From contig CBDAVM010000001.1 of NCBI GenBank assembly GCA_965200895.1, forward strand, positions 2,066,287-2,130,286: a stretch of 64,000 nucleotides of DNA, read 5' to 3'. The translations under genes and the position numbers were made by a program. The notes under the pieces were generated by a model that saw only the letters and a list, made by a program, of their open reading frames with translations, searched no databases and had not been told where the DNA came from. Positions 1 through 8,944 of the stretch are shown here, piece after piece (within the stretch, counting starts at the first letter, position 1; each line of letters starts with the position of its first letter). This DNA is from Vicinamibacterales bacterium (GTDB lineage: Bacteria > Acidobacteriota > Vicinamibacteria > Vicinamibacterales > UBA8438).

Positions 1-414
1 ATTCGCGCAGTGCACGACACGCTCGTGGTACAGGCGCCGACGCCGTTGCAGAAGGCCGCTGTCGCGCTGCTCGGCATGTCGCCGGCGTTCTTCCGCGACC
101 TCGCTCGGGGATACGCCGACAAGCGCGCGATCCTGGGACGCGCGCTGCGGGCGGTCGGCTTTCGGATGACCGAGCCGCGGGGCGCATACTACTTCCTGGC
201 GGACTACCGGGGCGTCCGCGACCTGGCGCACCGGGATCCGCTGGCCGCGGCGATGCATCTGATCGAGCGGGCCGGGGTGGCGGCGGTGCCGGGTGACAAC
301 TTCTACGGCCGCAGCGCAGACGGGGCGCGGTATCTGCGGTTCGCGTTCTGCCGTGGCCGGGAGACCCTCGCCGACGCGGCCCGACGCCTCCGGCGGCTGG
401 CTCCCGGCGGATGA
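1..414 (+). CDS. PLP-dependent class I/II aminotransferase, C-terminal fragment (5' end outside window)
   Basis: ORF 10..414 is open to the window edge. The tail (YYFLADY, GVAAVPGDNFY, YLRFAFC) matches the C-terminal small domain of aspartate/aromatic-type aminotransferases. Confidence 0.7.
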   Translation: MRAVHDTLVVQAPTPLQKAAVALLGMSPAFFRDLARGYADKRAILGRALRAVGFRMTEPRGAYYFLADYRGVRDLAHRDPLAAAMHLIERAGVAAVPGDNFYGRSADGARYLRFAFCRGRETLADAARRLRRLAPGG

Positions 415-442
415 GCAATGCCGGGGTGCGGGGGCTGTCGGT

Positions 443-1489
443 CTACCGGCTGCGGGTCAGATACGGCCGGAGGTGCCAGTCGAAGAAGGTCCAGATCCGG
501 TTCCACGAATCGCGTTGCTCGGGGCTGTCGACACGCCGGTATCCGCGGTCCCGATCGACGCGGCGGTTGAACCGGTGACCTCCGCCGAACCGATCGATCG
601 GCGGGTCGCGATAGATGCGCGTCTCCGCCAGGTCCGGCTTCAGGTACTCCAGCGCGTGGACGAGTTGCTGCGCCTCCTCGAAATTGACGTCCCGGTCGTT
701 GTCGGCGACATGGACGAGCAGGGGGGTCCGCAGCTTGTCGACATGATAGAGGGGGGACCGGTCCACGTAGATGTCGCGTCGCTCGTGCACCGGGCCGTCG
801 ATGCGCTTCTGGGTCACGAAGTGCCGGGCGTAGCGCGGGCCCTTGTACGACAGCCGGAACACGAGGTTCGTCACCGGCACCATCGCGGCCGCCGCCCTGA
901 AGGATGTCTGGTCGCGGAATACCGAGTGCAGGGTGATGAATCCGCCGTGGCTCCAGCCGATGATTCCGATCCGCTCCGGATCGACGTACGGCATCTCGCG
1001 GCGCATGTAGTCGAGCGCGGTCAGGCAGTCATCCACCTCGTACCCGCCGTAGTCGATGGCGTGGTGGTGCGTGCGGCCGTAACCGGTGCTGCCGCGGTAC
1101 TCGGGCGCGAGAACGATGTAGCCGCGCGCCACCGCCTCGTGAATGAACGGGAAGTAGGTCGGATCGAGGTCGCCGTGCACGCCGCCGTGAATCCACACCA
1201 GCGCCGCATGCGCCCGCGCCCCCCGCAGCAGCAGCGGCTCGAAGATGTAGAACGGGATCTCGAGGCCGTCGGCCCGACTGTCGTAGGAGAGCTTCTTCAT
1301 GCGCAGTACGCCGTCGCTGAGCCGGCGGAACGTGCGGTCGCGCTCCCGCTTGCGGTTGCGGTCGAGCTCGTAGCGGTCGATGGCGGACTGGGCCGCGGCG
1401 GGAGCGGCCGAACCGACGGCGAGCAGCAGGCAGGTCGCCAGCACGACCACGCGCGCCGTCCTTGATGAATGCGAGATGAGGCTGATCAC
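443..1489 (-). CDS. secreted S9-family (prolyl oligopeptidase-type) alpha/beta-hydrolase serine peptidase
   Basis: C-terminal part of ORF 443..2350. GTG at 1489 precedes a signal-like RTARVVVLATCLLLAVGSAAPAAAQS. Nucleophile elbow is GWSHGG, with a later acidic DNDRD and a GGGH motif. The upstream part of the long ORF is Arg/Gly-rich junk overlapping hisC. Confidence 0.8.
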   Translation of the reverse strand: MISLISHSSRTARVVVLATCLLLAVGSAAPAAAQSAIDRYELDRNRKRERDRTFRRLSDGVLRMKKLSYDSRADGLEIPFYIFEPLLLRGARAHAALVWIHGGVHGDLDPTYFPFIHEAVARGYIVLAPEYRGSTGYGRTHHHAIDYGGYEVDDCLTALDYMRREMPYVDPERIGIIGWSHGGFITLHSVFRDQTSFRAAAAMVPVTNLVFRLSYKGPRYARHFVTQKRIDGPVHERRDIYVDRSPLYHVDKLRTPLLVHVADNDRDVNFEEAQQLVHALEYLKPDLAETRIYRDPPIDRFGGGHRFNRRVDRDRGYRRVDSPEQRDSWNRIWTFFDWHLRPYLTRSR

Positions 1490-1533
1490 GCCGTCATCAT
1501 AACCGGGTTCCGTGCGTTGCGGCGGGCTCGCAA

Positions 1534-2583
1534 TCAGGGCGCCAGATCCGTGAGCGCGGACATCAGGCGCGTGGTCTGTTCGTCGGTCCCGACGGTGATC
1601 CGCAGCTTGTCCGACAGGCCGGGCTCGGCGAAGTACCGTACCAGGACGCCGCGTTCCCGCAGTCCCTCGTACAGGCGGCGGGCGTTGCCGTCGGCGGGGC
1701 GCACCAGCACGAAGTTCGCCTGGCTCGGCCAGACCCGGAATCCGCAACCGGCGAGGGCCCGGCTGAGCCGGGTGCGGGTCGCCCGAATCCGTTCCACCGT
1801 CTCGCGTGTGTACGAGACGTCGCGAATCGCCGCGGCGCCCACCACGGCCGCGACGGCGTCGACGTTGTAGCTGTCCTTCACCTTGGCCAGGCCGGCGAGC
1901 AGGCGCGGGTGGGCGATGCCGAAGCCGAGTCGCAGCCCGGCCAGGCCGTGACTCTTGGAGAGGGTCCGCAGCAGGATGACGCGATCGCAGCGCCGCACCA
2001 GATCGAGGGCCGACGCTTCGGCGAACGCCACGTACGCCTCGTCCACCGCGACGACCCCGGGGGTCCGGTCGACCAGCTCGGACAACTGTTCGACCCCCGC
2101 GGCAGTGCCGGACGGACTGTTGGGGTTGGCGACGATGGTCAGCGCCGCCCCGGCGTCCGCCAGTGCATCCACCGGCAGCGCGTAGTCCTCGTCGAAGGAG
2201 ACCTCCCGCACCGGTACGTCCTGAATGGCGGCCAGGGTCCGGTACAGGACGTAGGTCGGCGCCGGATAGGCGACAGCGCGTCCCGGTCCGGTGACGGCGC
2301 GGAAGAGCATCGTCAGCAGATCGTCGCTGCCGTTGCCTGCGAGAAGCCACTCGGGATCGACGCCGAGCACCTCGGCGGCTCCCTGCCGGAACGCGTCGGC
2401 GGACGGGTGCGGGTAGCGCCGCAGCGCTTCCGCGCCGACGGCCCCGAGCGCGGCCATGGCCCGGGGGCTGGGCGGATACGGGTTCTCGTTCGTATTCAGC
2501 TTGACGATATCGACGTCGCCGGGCGGCTGCTCGCCCGGGACGTATGCCGCGAGGCGGTCGACGGCGGGACGGAACAGTGACAT
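1534..2583 (-). CDS. hisC: histidinol-phosphate aminotransferase
   Basis: 349-aa ORF with LNTNENPYPPSP, NPNSPSG and TLSKSHGLAGLRLG (PLP-lysine region), typical of HisC. Confidence 0.9.
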   Translation of the reverse strand: MSLFRPAVDRLAAYVPGEQPPGDVDIVKLNTNENPYPPSPRAMAALGAVGAEALRRYPHPSADAFRQGAAEVLGVDPEWLLAGNGSDDLLTMLFRAVTGPGRAVAYPAPTYVLYRTLAAIQDVPVREVSFDEDYALPVDALADAGAALTIVANPNSPSGTAAGVEQLSELVDRTPGVVAVDEAYVAFAEASALDLVRRCDRVILLRTLSKSHGLAGLRLGFGIAHPRLLAGLAKVKDSYNVDAVAAVVGAAAIRDVSYTRETVERIRATRTRLSRALAGCGFRVWPSQANFVLVRPADGNARRLYEGLRERGVLVRYFAEPGLSDKLRITVGTDEQTTRLMSALTDLAP

Positions 2584-2789
2584 GGACCCGGTTCAGGACG
2601 ATAGCAGTCGGCCGCGAACCCGGGAAAGCGTCGCCCGCGGCTCCGTCTCCGCCCGACCCGCCTGTCCGTGCGCTTGCGCCGCCTCTGCGGCGCGGGCTCC
2701 CGGGCCGAGCCGGAGCCGCGCAGTATACTGCCCGTTACGGTGCCTTCGGTGACAGCGCCTGCAACATCCGCCGGAGACGGGAGGTTCAG

Positions 2790-3668
2790 ATGATCCGTTT
2801 CGCCGTCGCTTTCCTGTTGTCGCTTGCGCTGCCGTCCCTGGCCGGGGCCCAGGGCCTCGGACAGCTCTTCATCGAGGTGACCGACGCGTCCGGTCAGTTC
2901 GTGCCCGGCCTGACCCCGGCGGATTTCTCGGTGCAGGAGGATGGAAGGGACGCAGGCATCGTGTCGGTCGAGCCGGTGGCGCCGATGAAGATCGCCTTCA
3001 TGATCGACAACGGCGATCGCATGGTCGAGATGAACGCGCTGAACGCGCTGCGCGACGGAATGCAGGGGTTCCTCGACGCGGTGCCGCCCCCGCACGAAAT
3101 CTCGCTGTTCACGATTGGCCGGAACATCCAGCGGCGGGTCGACTTCACCACCGACCGCGGGCAGCTCAAGCGTTCGGCCGGGGAGATCTTTCTCGACCGG
3201 GGCGCCGGCGCCGTCGTGCTGGACGGCATTCGCGAGACCTGGGAGCGCCGCTTCGAGGATGACGAGCCGTTCCCCGTGTTCGTGATGGTCCTGACCGACG
3301 GCACCGAGTCGAGCGGCCACTACAACGAGAACGAGTACGTCGATCTGGTCAACGAGCTGATCACGAAGTCGATCACCGTCCACGTCGTGCTGCTGTCGTC
3401 CCGCGGCGGCAGCGTGATCAACCAGTATGCGATCAACCTGACCCAGAACACCGGCGGCATCTACGAGAACATCGCGGCGGCGACCGGGATCGAGCAGATG
3501 CTGGTGAGCATCGCCGAGCGCATGAACGCCCACTACGAGAACGTGTCGAAACGCTACCGCGTGGTCTACGAGCGCCCGAATCCGCCCGGCGCCCGGATTG
3601 CGGCCTCCCTGCGGCGTTCCGGCGCCTACATCACCGGGCTGTTCGCAGGGCTGCGCATGCAGCAGTAG
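2790..3668 (+). CDS. secreted VWA-like protein (acidobacterial VWFA-related type), paralog 1
   Basis: ATG 2790 sits behind GGAGACGGGAGG. Signal peptide is MIRFAVAFLLSLALPSLAGA. The VWA-like core has FMIDNGDR where DxSxS is expected, plus VLTDGTESSG. It aligns along its full length with the next ORF. Confidence 0.75.
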   Translation: MIRFAVAFLLSLALPSLAGAQGLGQLFIEVTDASGQFVPGLTPADFSVQEDGRDAGIVSVEPVAPMKIAFMIDNGDRMVEMNALNALRDGMQGFLDAVPPPHEISLFTIGRNIQRRVDFTTDRGQLKRSAGEIFLDRGAGAVVLDGIRETWERRFEDDEPFPVFVMVLTDGTESSGHYNENEYVDLVNELITKSITVHVVLLSSRGGSVINQYAINLTQNTGGIYENIAAATGIEQMLVSIAERMNAHYENVSKRYRVVYERPNPPGARIAASLRRSGAYITGLFAGLRMQQ

Positions 3669-3677
3669 GGGGCCGAC

Positions 3678-4574
3678 GTGCGGCATGTCGTCCTGGCGTC
3701 GGCCGTTCTCGCCTGCCTCCTCCTGCCGTATACCGCGGCGGCGCAGTTGCTGGGCCAGGTGTTCGTCGAGGTGATCCGCCAGTCGACGGGGGAGCCGGTG
3801 CTCGACCTTTCTCCCAACGACTTCGAGGTGTCCGAGAACGGGCGCTCGGGCGGGATCCTGTCGGTCGATCTCGATACGGAACCGATGAAGATAGCCGTGC
3901 TGGTCGACAACGGCGACCGCATCCTGGAGATCGGCGCGCTCAATTCGCTCCGCGCGGGGCTCAACGGGTTCCTCGACACGCTGGCGCCGCAACACGCGAT
4001 CTCTCTGGTCACGATCGGCCGGAGCGTCCAGCAGCGCGTGGACTTCACGACGGATCGGGCGGCACTGCAGGAGGGCGTCGGTCTGCTCTTTCCCGATCGG
4101 GGCGCCGGCGCACGGCTCCTCGACGGCGTTCGAGAGACGTGGGACCGTCGTTTCGAGGAAGACGACCCGTTCCCGGTGATGGTGCTGGTGCTGACCGACG
4201 GCACGGAAACGAGCGGCACCTACAACGACAACCGGTACGGCGATCTGCTCAACGCGTTGATCGCCAACGGGGTCACCGTACACGCGGTGATGCTGGCGAC
4301 GCGCGGCGGCGTGCGCGCGCAGCAGCGGTTGCCGCAGTATGCTCTCAGTATCGTGGAGAACACCGGCGGCAGCCTCGAGAACTTCGTGGCGCCGACCGGG
4401 TACGAGAGCGTGTTGCCGCGACTCGCGGAGCGGATGAACGACCACTACGACGCCGTGTCGAGGCGCTACCGGTTGATCTTCGAGCGCCCGGACCCGCCGG
4501 GGACGCGCCTGTCGGTGAGCGTGACGGGGGTCGATCTGGCGTTCAGCCTGCACATCGATCGCCGGATGCCGTAA
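3678..4574 (+). CDS. secreted VWA-like protein, paralog 2 (tandem duplicate)
   Basis: GTG 3678 with signal peptide LASAVLACLLLPYTAAAQ. It has the same LVDNGDR / VLTDGTETSG core. By eye, roughly half of aligned positions are identical to 2790..3668. Confidence 0.75.
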   Translation: MRHVVLASAVLACLLLPYTAAAQLLGQVFVEVIRQSTGEPVLDLSPNDFEVSENGRSGGILSVDLDTEPMKIAVLVDNGDRILEIGALNSLRAGLNGFLDTLAPQHAISLVTIGRSVQQRVDFTTDRAALQEGVGLLFPDRGAGARLLDGVRETWDRRFEEDDPFPVMVLVLTDGTETSGTYNDNRYGDLLNALIANGVTVHAVMLATRGGVRAQQRLPQYALSIVENTGGSLENFVAPTGYESVLPRLAERMNDHYDAVSRRYRLIFERPDPPGTRLSVSVTGVDLAFSLHIDRRMP

Positions 4575-4692
4575 CAGGGCGGCTCCCGGCCGCCGACCTC
4601 GTCGCCCGTGGGGTGGCGCTTCGCGCGGGCCGTAACGTGTGCAGGGCCGCTGTCGCGTCCCGTTTCGCGAGCGGCCCGCGCGCCGCGGGGAC

Positions 4693-4721
4693 TTGACTTG
4701 ACTCTGCCGCGGGCGCATTCT
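4693..4721 (+). promoter_or_regulatory. possible sigma70-type promoter for 4763..6673
   Basis: TTGACT (4693-4698, duplicated at 4698-4703), a 17-nt spacer, then CATTCT (4716-4721). AAGGAG lies 6 nt before ATG 4763. Confidence 0.25.
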
Positions 4722-4762
4722 GTCACACGACACATTCCGTCGATTCGTCCAAGGAGCTGACG

Positions 4763-6673
4763 ATGATGCCTACCGAAACGTGTGGCGCAACTCGACATGG
4801 TGCCCGGCTGCTGGTCGTGGCGGTGTGCGCGGCGGTTCCGTTCCTGACCGGGATCGGACTGCAGGCCGAGGTGCCGGGAACGGCGACCGTGTCGGGGACC
4901 GTGACGGCCTCCGAGTCGTTCACGGCGGCGCAGGTCTATCTGCGCAATCTGGACCGGGACATGGTGTACATGGTCTACACCAACAAGGGGCAGTACCGGG
5001 CCGTTGCCCTGTTTCCGGGCACCTACGAGGTGAGCGCCAGCACGAAGCGTCTCGAATCGGACGTCCGCACCGTCACACTGGGCGCCGGCGACGCCGGGCA
5101 GGTCGATCTGACGCTGGGCGCGCTCGAGGGCGACGCGCCCCCGCTCGTCATCCCCGCCGGCCGGACCGCGATGGAAAGCGGGGCGTCCGGGGCGTTCGAG
5201 TACGCGAGCTACGACGAGATCTATCCGCCGGGTCCCGGCCGGGAGGTCGCCGAGCAGGTCTGCATGGCATGCCACGGGGAGAACTTCTTCCCCACGCGGC
5301 CGGGGACCGAGCGGCAGTGGATGTCCTGGATCGACCACATGGTCGGCAGCACGCTTGGGGAGCAGGATCCCACCCGCTACGCGCAGGGGCTGCTGTCGTT
5401 CCGCGCGTCGATGTTCCGCTTCGGCCGCCAGGATCGGGACGACCTGCTGGCGTACGTCGTCGAGAACTTCGGGCCTGACAGCAAGCGCCGCCGGGTGCGC
5501 ATCGAGCAGCAGACGCCGGTCGACGAAGAGGCCCTCGGCAAGGCGATGTACATCGAGTACTACCTTGCCAAGGATGGACCCGACGAGGGCGTCAACGACT
5601 CCCGGTGGGCGCGTGACCGGGTCGCACGGTACGGACAGGACCCGCGCTTCGACGCCGACGGCAACGTCTGGCTGGTCGACCGCGGCGTGCCGCACCGCCT
5701 GGTGAAGCTGGATCCGCGGACCGGCGAACAGTGGGAGTACCTCTATCCCGATCCGCGCAACGGCAACCACGAGATCCTCATCGATCCGTCCGGCCTGATC
5801 TGGCTGCCGGAGCACCGCGGCCGCACCGGGGCCAAGGAGAAGCGGCTCCTCGGGTTCAACCCCGAGACCGAGGCGTTCGAGTACCGGATCCCGATGGACC
5901 CCGACGACGTCGTGCGCAACCCGACGAAGTTCCTGCAGTCGCTGGCGATGGACTCGCAGGGCAACATCTACGTCGGATGGATCATGGGCGGCGCCCTCAG
6001 CAAGTGGGACCGGGCCACCGGCGAGGTGTCGGTATTCCGCATCCCGACCCCGCACGCCATTCCCTACGGCGTGGTGGCCGACCGCAACGACAACATCTGG
6101 ATCGCACTCTGGAGCGGGGGCAAGATCGTCAAGTTCGATACCTCGAACAACTCGTGGACCGAGTTCACCGCCCCCACCTACCCGGGGCACACGCGGCGGC
6201 TGAACGTCGATTCGCAGAACAACATCTGGTGGGGCATCTACTCGGCCGGCAAGCGGCCCGGCAAGCTGGTCAAGCTGGACCAGTCCACGGGCAGGATGAC
6301 CGAGTGGGCGATCCCGCAGCAGAACGCCGAGCCGTACGATGTGGCCGCCGACCCGGAGGACAATATCTGGGCTCCCGACGTCGGCCAGCGGACCGACGGC
6401 GAGTACGGCGCCACGATCTGGAAGTTCGATCCGCGGACCGAGGAGTTCACCTTCTATCCGAAGCCGCAGCGGCACGCCGACTCGCCCAAGATCCAGATCA
6501 CGCGCGACGGCGCCGTCTGGTACTCGCCGCGCGGCAGCCGCGAGGCGCCCGCCTTCGGGGTGCTGTATCCGGACATGGACAGGATCGACGACCTGGGCGC
6601 GTACTACACGTACGGGCCGCCCGGGTATCCGTTCCCGGGCCCGTCCACGGAGACGAATTCCGACGGGAACTGA
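4763..6673 (+). CDS. secreted CarboxypepD_reg-like domain / c-type cytochrome (CxxCH) / 7-bladed Vgb(streptogramin lyase)-like beta-propeller protein
   Basis: Signal peptide, then an Ig-like TVSGTVT...FPGTYEV segment, then the single heme motif CMACH. Seven repeats of the D-x-x-G/N-N-I/V-W type follow (DADGNVW, DPSGLIW, DSQGNIY, DRNDNIW, DSQNNIW, DPEDNIW, TRDGAVW). Confidence 0.7.
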   Translation: MMPTETCGATRHGARLLVVAVCAAVPFLTGIGLQAEVPGTATVSGTVTASESFTAAQVYLRNLDRDMVYMVYTNKGQYRAVALFPGTYEVSASTKRLESDVRTVTLGAGDAGQVDLTLGALEGDAPPLVIPAGRTAMESGASGAFEYASYDEIYPPGPGREVAEQVCMACHGENFFPTRPGTERQWMSWIDHMVGSTLGEQDPTRYAQGLLSFRASMFRFGRQDRDDLLAYVVENFGPDSKRRRVRIEQQTPVDEEALGKAMYIEYYLAKDGPDEGVNDSRWARDRVARYGQDPRFDADGNVWLVDRGVPHRLVKLDPRTGEQWEYLYPDPRNGNHEILIDPSGLIWLPEHRGRTGAKEKRLLGFNPETEAFEYRIPMDPDDVVRNPTKFLQSLAMDSQGNIYVGWIMGGALSKWDRATGEVSVFRIPTPHAIPYGVVADRNDNIWIALWSGGKIVKFDTSNNSWTEFTAPTYPGHTRRLNVDSQNNIWWGIYSAGKRPGKLVKLDQSTGRMTEWAIPQQNAEPYDVAADPEDNIWAPDVGQRTDGEYGATIWKFDPRTEEFTFYPKPQRHADSPKIQITRDGAVWYSPRGSREAPAFGVLYPDMDRIDDLGAYYTYGPPGYPFPGPSTETNSDGN

Positions 6674-6721
6674 GCGCTCCAGGGCGAACCGCGCCCCGGA
6701 GCGGCGTATCGGGGGCTGTGG

Positions 6722-6767
6722 CCGACCGGCATCCTTCCTGCGGTGGGGAAGAATGCCGGTCGGTTTT
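6722..6767 (+). terminator. rho-independent terminator after 4763..6673
   Basis: Perfect 11-bp stem CCGACCGGCAT (6722-6732) / ATGCCGGTCGG (6753-6763), followed by TTTTCTG. Confidence 0.55.
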
Positions 6768-6910
6768 CTGTACGGGGTGTAGGGTCAGGAGAGTCGTTCG
6801 TGTGGTGCCAGGGGGCCGGACCAGAAGGCCAGGGACCGACACCCGCGGGCGATGCCGTTCGTGGTGCCAAGGGGCCGGACCTGGGGCCAGCAGCCCGGTG
6901 GCGGTGCGCA

Positions 6911-8401
6911 TCAAGGTGTCGCGCCGTGCGCGACGAGAAACGCCACGACTTCGTCGAACCCGTTGATCCGGGCCGCGCTGACGGCCGTCCGGCCGCGCGC
7001 GTTCGCGGCGTTCACGTCGACGCCCAGCGCGACGGCCGCCTGCACAGCCTTCAGCGTCGTCGCCTCGACCGCGGCGCGATCGGGACCCCGGCCGAGCTCG
7101 GTGGACTCCGCGACTCTGCCGTGGTGATCCACGGACCAGAGCGGGTCGCGTCCGCCCAGTCCGACCGCCGCCATCAGGGCGCTCGTCTCGCCTTCCTCGA
7201 CCCACATCCGGCTCGCGGCCGTCCCGCGGTCGCGGGTCCAGTACGCCGGGCTGTGCGTGGCCGCAGGATCGGCGCCGTGCCGGGCCAGCAGCCGCATGAG
7301 GTCCGCGTCCCGGTGGCGCGCCGCCAGCCAGAACGCCGGCGCGCCGACGAACCAGGGCGGGAAGAAGAAGTCCGCGCTGTCGCGCGTGTAACGCGTCGAG
7401 GCCGACACCCGGGCGTCCGGATCCGAGCCGGCCGAGAGCAGCGCCTCGGCCAGTATCGCGTCCCGGTGCAGAATCGCCGCGTGCAGCGGGGCATAGCCGC
7501 CGTCGGCCGCATTCGGATCCGCACCGTGATCCAGCAGGAACGCGCCGACGGCTCCGTGTCCGCTCAGCGCCGCGAGAGCCAGCGCGCTCGCCCCGTCCGG
7601 CGTCGTCTCGTCGACGTCGGCGCCCGCCGCCACGAGCAGCCGCGCCGAAGTGAGGTCTCCCACCCGCGCGGCGAACAGCAACGGCGTGAAGCCCCCGCTC
7701 TGCACCTCGGTGATGTAGCACTCCTCCCGCGGCACGCACTGCAGACCGTAGTTCGCGTACGTCGGAATCGTCTTGACGGTCTCGGTGAACGTGGTCGAGC
7801 GCGCGTGCACGTCGGCGCCGTGCGCCAGGAGCACCTCCACGACAGCCGGGTGCCGTTGCGCGACCGCCCACATGAGGGCGGTCTGCGCGCCGTAGGCCCC
7901 CGCCTCGGTGGCGGCGTCGACGTCGGCGCCCGCGGCCAGCAGTCGGCCGACCAGGTCGGCGTTGCCCGTGCGGGCCGCCGTCATCAGCGGCGTCTCTCCG
8001 AACGGCAACGCCGTGTTCGGGTTCGCCCCGGCTTCGAGCAGGGCTTTCGCCATGGCCGAGCTGCCGTTCTCGCAGGCGGCCCAGAGCGGAGTGACCCCGA
8101 GGTCGTTCGCCGCGTCGACGTCGGCCCCCGCACGAATCAACCGCGCCGCGATCTCGCGGTTGTCCCGGTAGCTCGCCCAGTGCAGGGCGGTGGACCCGTC
8201 TCCCTGGGGAGCGTCGACATCGACGCTCGCTTCGAGCAACGCCCGGACGGCGGCCCAATCGGCCTGCCTGGCGGCGTCGGCGAGTGGCGCCTCGGGCGGC
8301 GCCGCAGTCGCGACGCGCAGTCCCGTCAGGGCCACCAGCAACGCGGATCGACAGATGCGCGCCACCGGCATCCTCGCGCCACCTCGCTTCCCGCTCGGCA
8401 T
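6911..8401 (-). CDS. secreted ankyrin-repeat protein
   Basis: 496-aa ORF with signal-like ARICRSALLVALTGLRVATA (alternative ATG at 8371). It carries many ANK units (G-TALHWA, GVTPLW.A, GETPLM.A, GFTPLLFA, G.APLH.A with LL..GADV/P). Its start codon directly abuts the stop of 8402..8908. Confidence 0.85.
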   Translation of the reverse strand: MPSGKRGGARMPVARICRSALLVALTGLRVATAAPPEAPLADAARQADWAAVRALLEASVDVDAPQGDGSTALHWASYRDNREIAARLIRAGADVDAANDLGVTPLWAACENGSSAMAKALLEAGANPNTALPFGETPLMTAARTGNADLVGRLLAAGADVDAATEAGAYGAQTALMWAVAQRHPAVVEVLLAHGADVHARSTTFTETVKTIPTYANYGLQCVPREECYITEVQSGGFTPLLFAARVGDLTSARLLVAAGADVDETTPDGASALALAALSGHGAVGAFLLDHGADPNAADGGYAPLHAAILHRDAILAEALLSAGSDPDARVSASTRYTRDSADFFFPPWFVGAPAFWLAARHRDADLMRLLARHGADPAATHSPAYWTRDRGTAASRMWVEEGETSALMAAVGLGGRDPLWSVDHHGRVAESTELGRGPDRAAVEATTLKAVQAAVALGVDVNAANARGRTAVSAARINGFDEVVAFLVAHGATP

Positions 8402-8944
8402 CTACACCTCCGACAGCGTATCGATCGCATCGAGCGGCAGGGGGCCGGTACTGCCTCCGACACGGTCCAGGGGGACGTCGAACTTGTCCAGGAGGGTGAG
8501 CAGGAGGTTGGCGTGCGACGTGCCTGCATCGTACGCGAGATGCCGTCCTCCCTTCAGCTTTCCCCCGCAACCGCCGAGCACGAGCAGCGGCACGTTGTTG
8601 CCGGCATGGCGTGTGCTGTTGGACATGCACGTGCCGTACACGATGGCCATGTTGTCGAGCAGCGAACCGTCCTGGTCCGGCGTCGCCCGGAGCCGCTCCA
8701 GATACCTCGCGGTCAGCGCCGCGTGGTACGTGTTGACCTTGGACATCCGGGCGATGAGCGCCGGATCGTTGCCGTGGTGCGACAGCGGATGGTGCGGGTC
8801 GCCGACGCCCACTTCGGGATAGGTCCTGGTGCTCTGCTCCCGGCCGAGCATGAACGTCGACACGCGGGTGATGTCGCTGCGCAGCGCCAGGAACTGCAGG
8901 TCGAACATCAGTGCAGCCGCCTGATGTCCCCGCGGAGGCCAGGC
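8402..8944 (-). pseudogene. DUF1552-family gene, 5'-truncated; only the C-terminal ~170-180 codons remain
   Basis: ORF 8402..8908 (MFDLQFLALRSDITRVSTFMLGRE...HHPLSHH...NTYH...LLVLGGCGGKLKGGRHL) matches the C-terminal third of the ~430-aa DUF1552 proteins. Homology-like sequence continues a few codons upstream to an in-frame TGA at 8945-8947. No N-terminal Tat/signal region is present. Confidence 0.7.

Noticed and set aside
2496-4733. Very long ORFs antisense to, or out of frame with, recognisable genes. Examples: 2496..4733(-) 745 aa, 6498..8948(-) 816 aa, 8988..11432(-) 814 aa, 21641..24220(+) 859 aa, 33725..36979(+) 1084 aa, 47571..50285(-) 904 aa, 59468..61927(-) 819 aa.
   Set aside because: Their translations are Arg/Gly/Pro/Ala-rich low-complexity strings with no motifs. 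Each overlaps a gene with clear family signatures in another frame. Stop-poor shadow frames are expected at this GC content.
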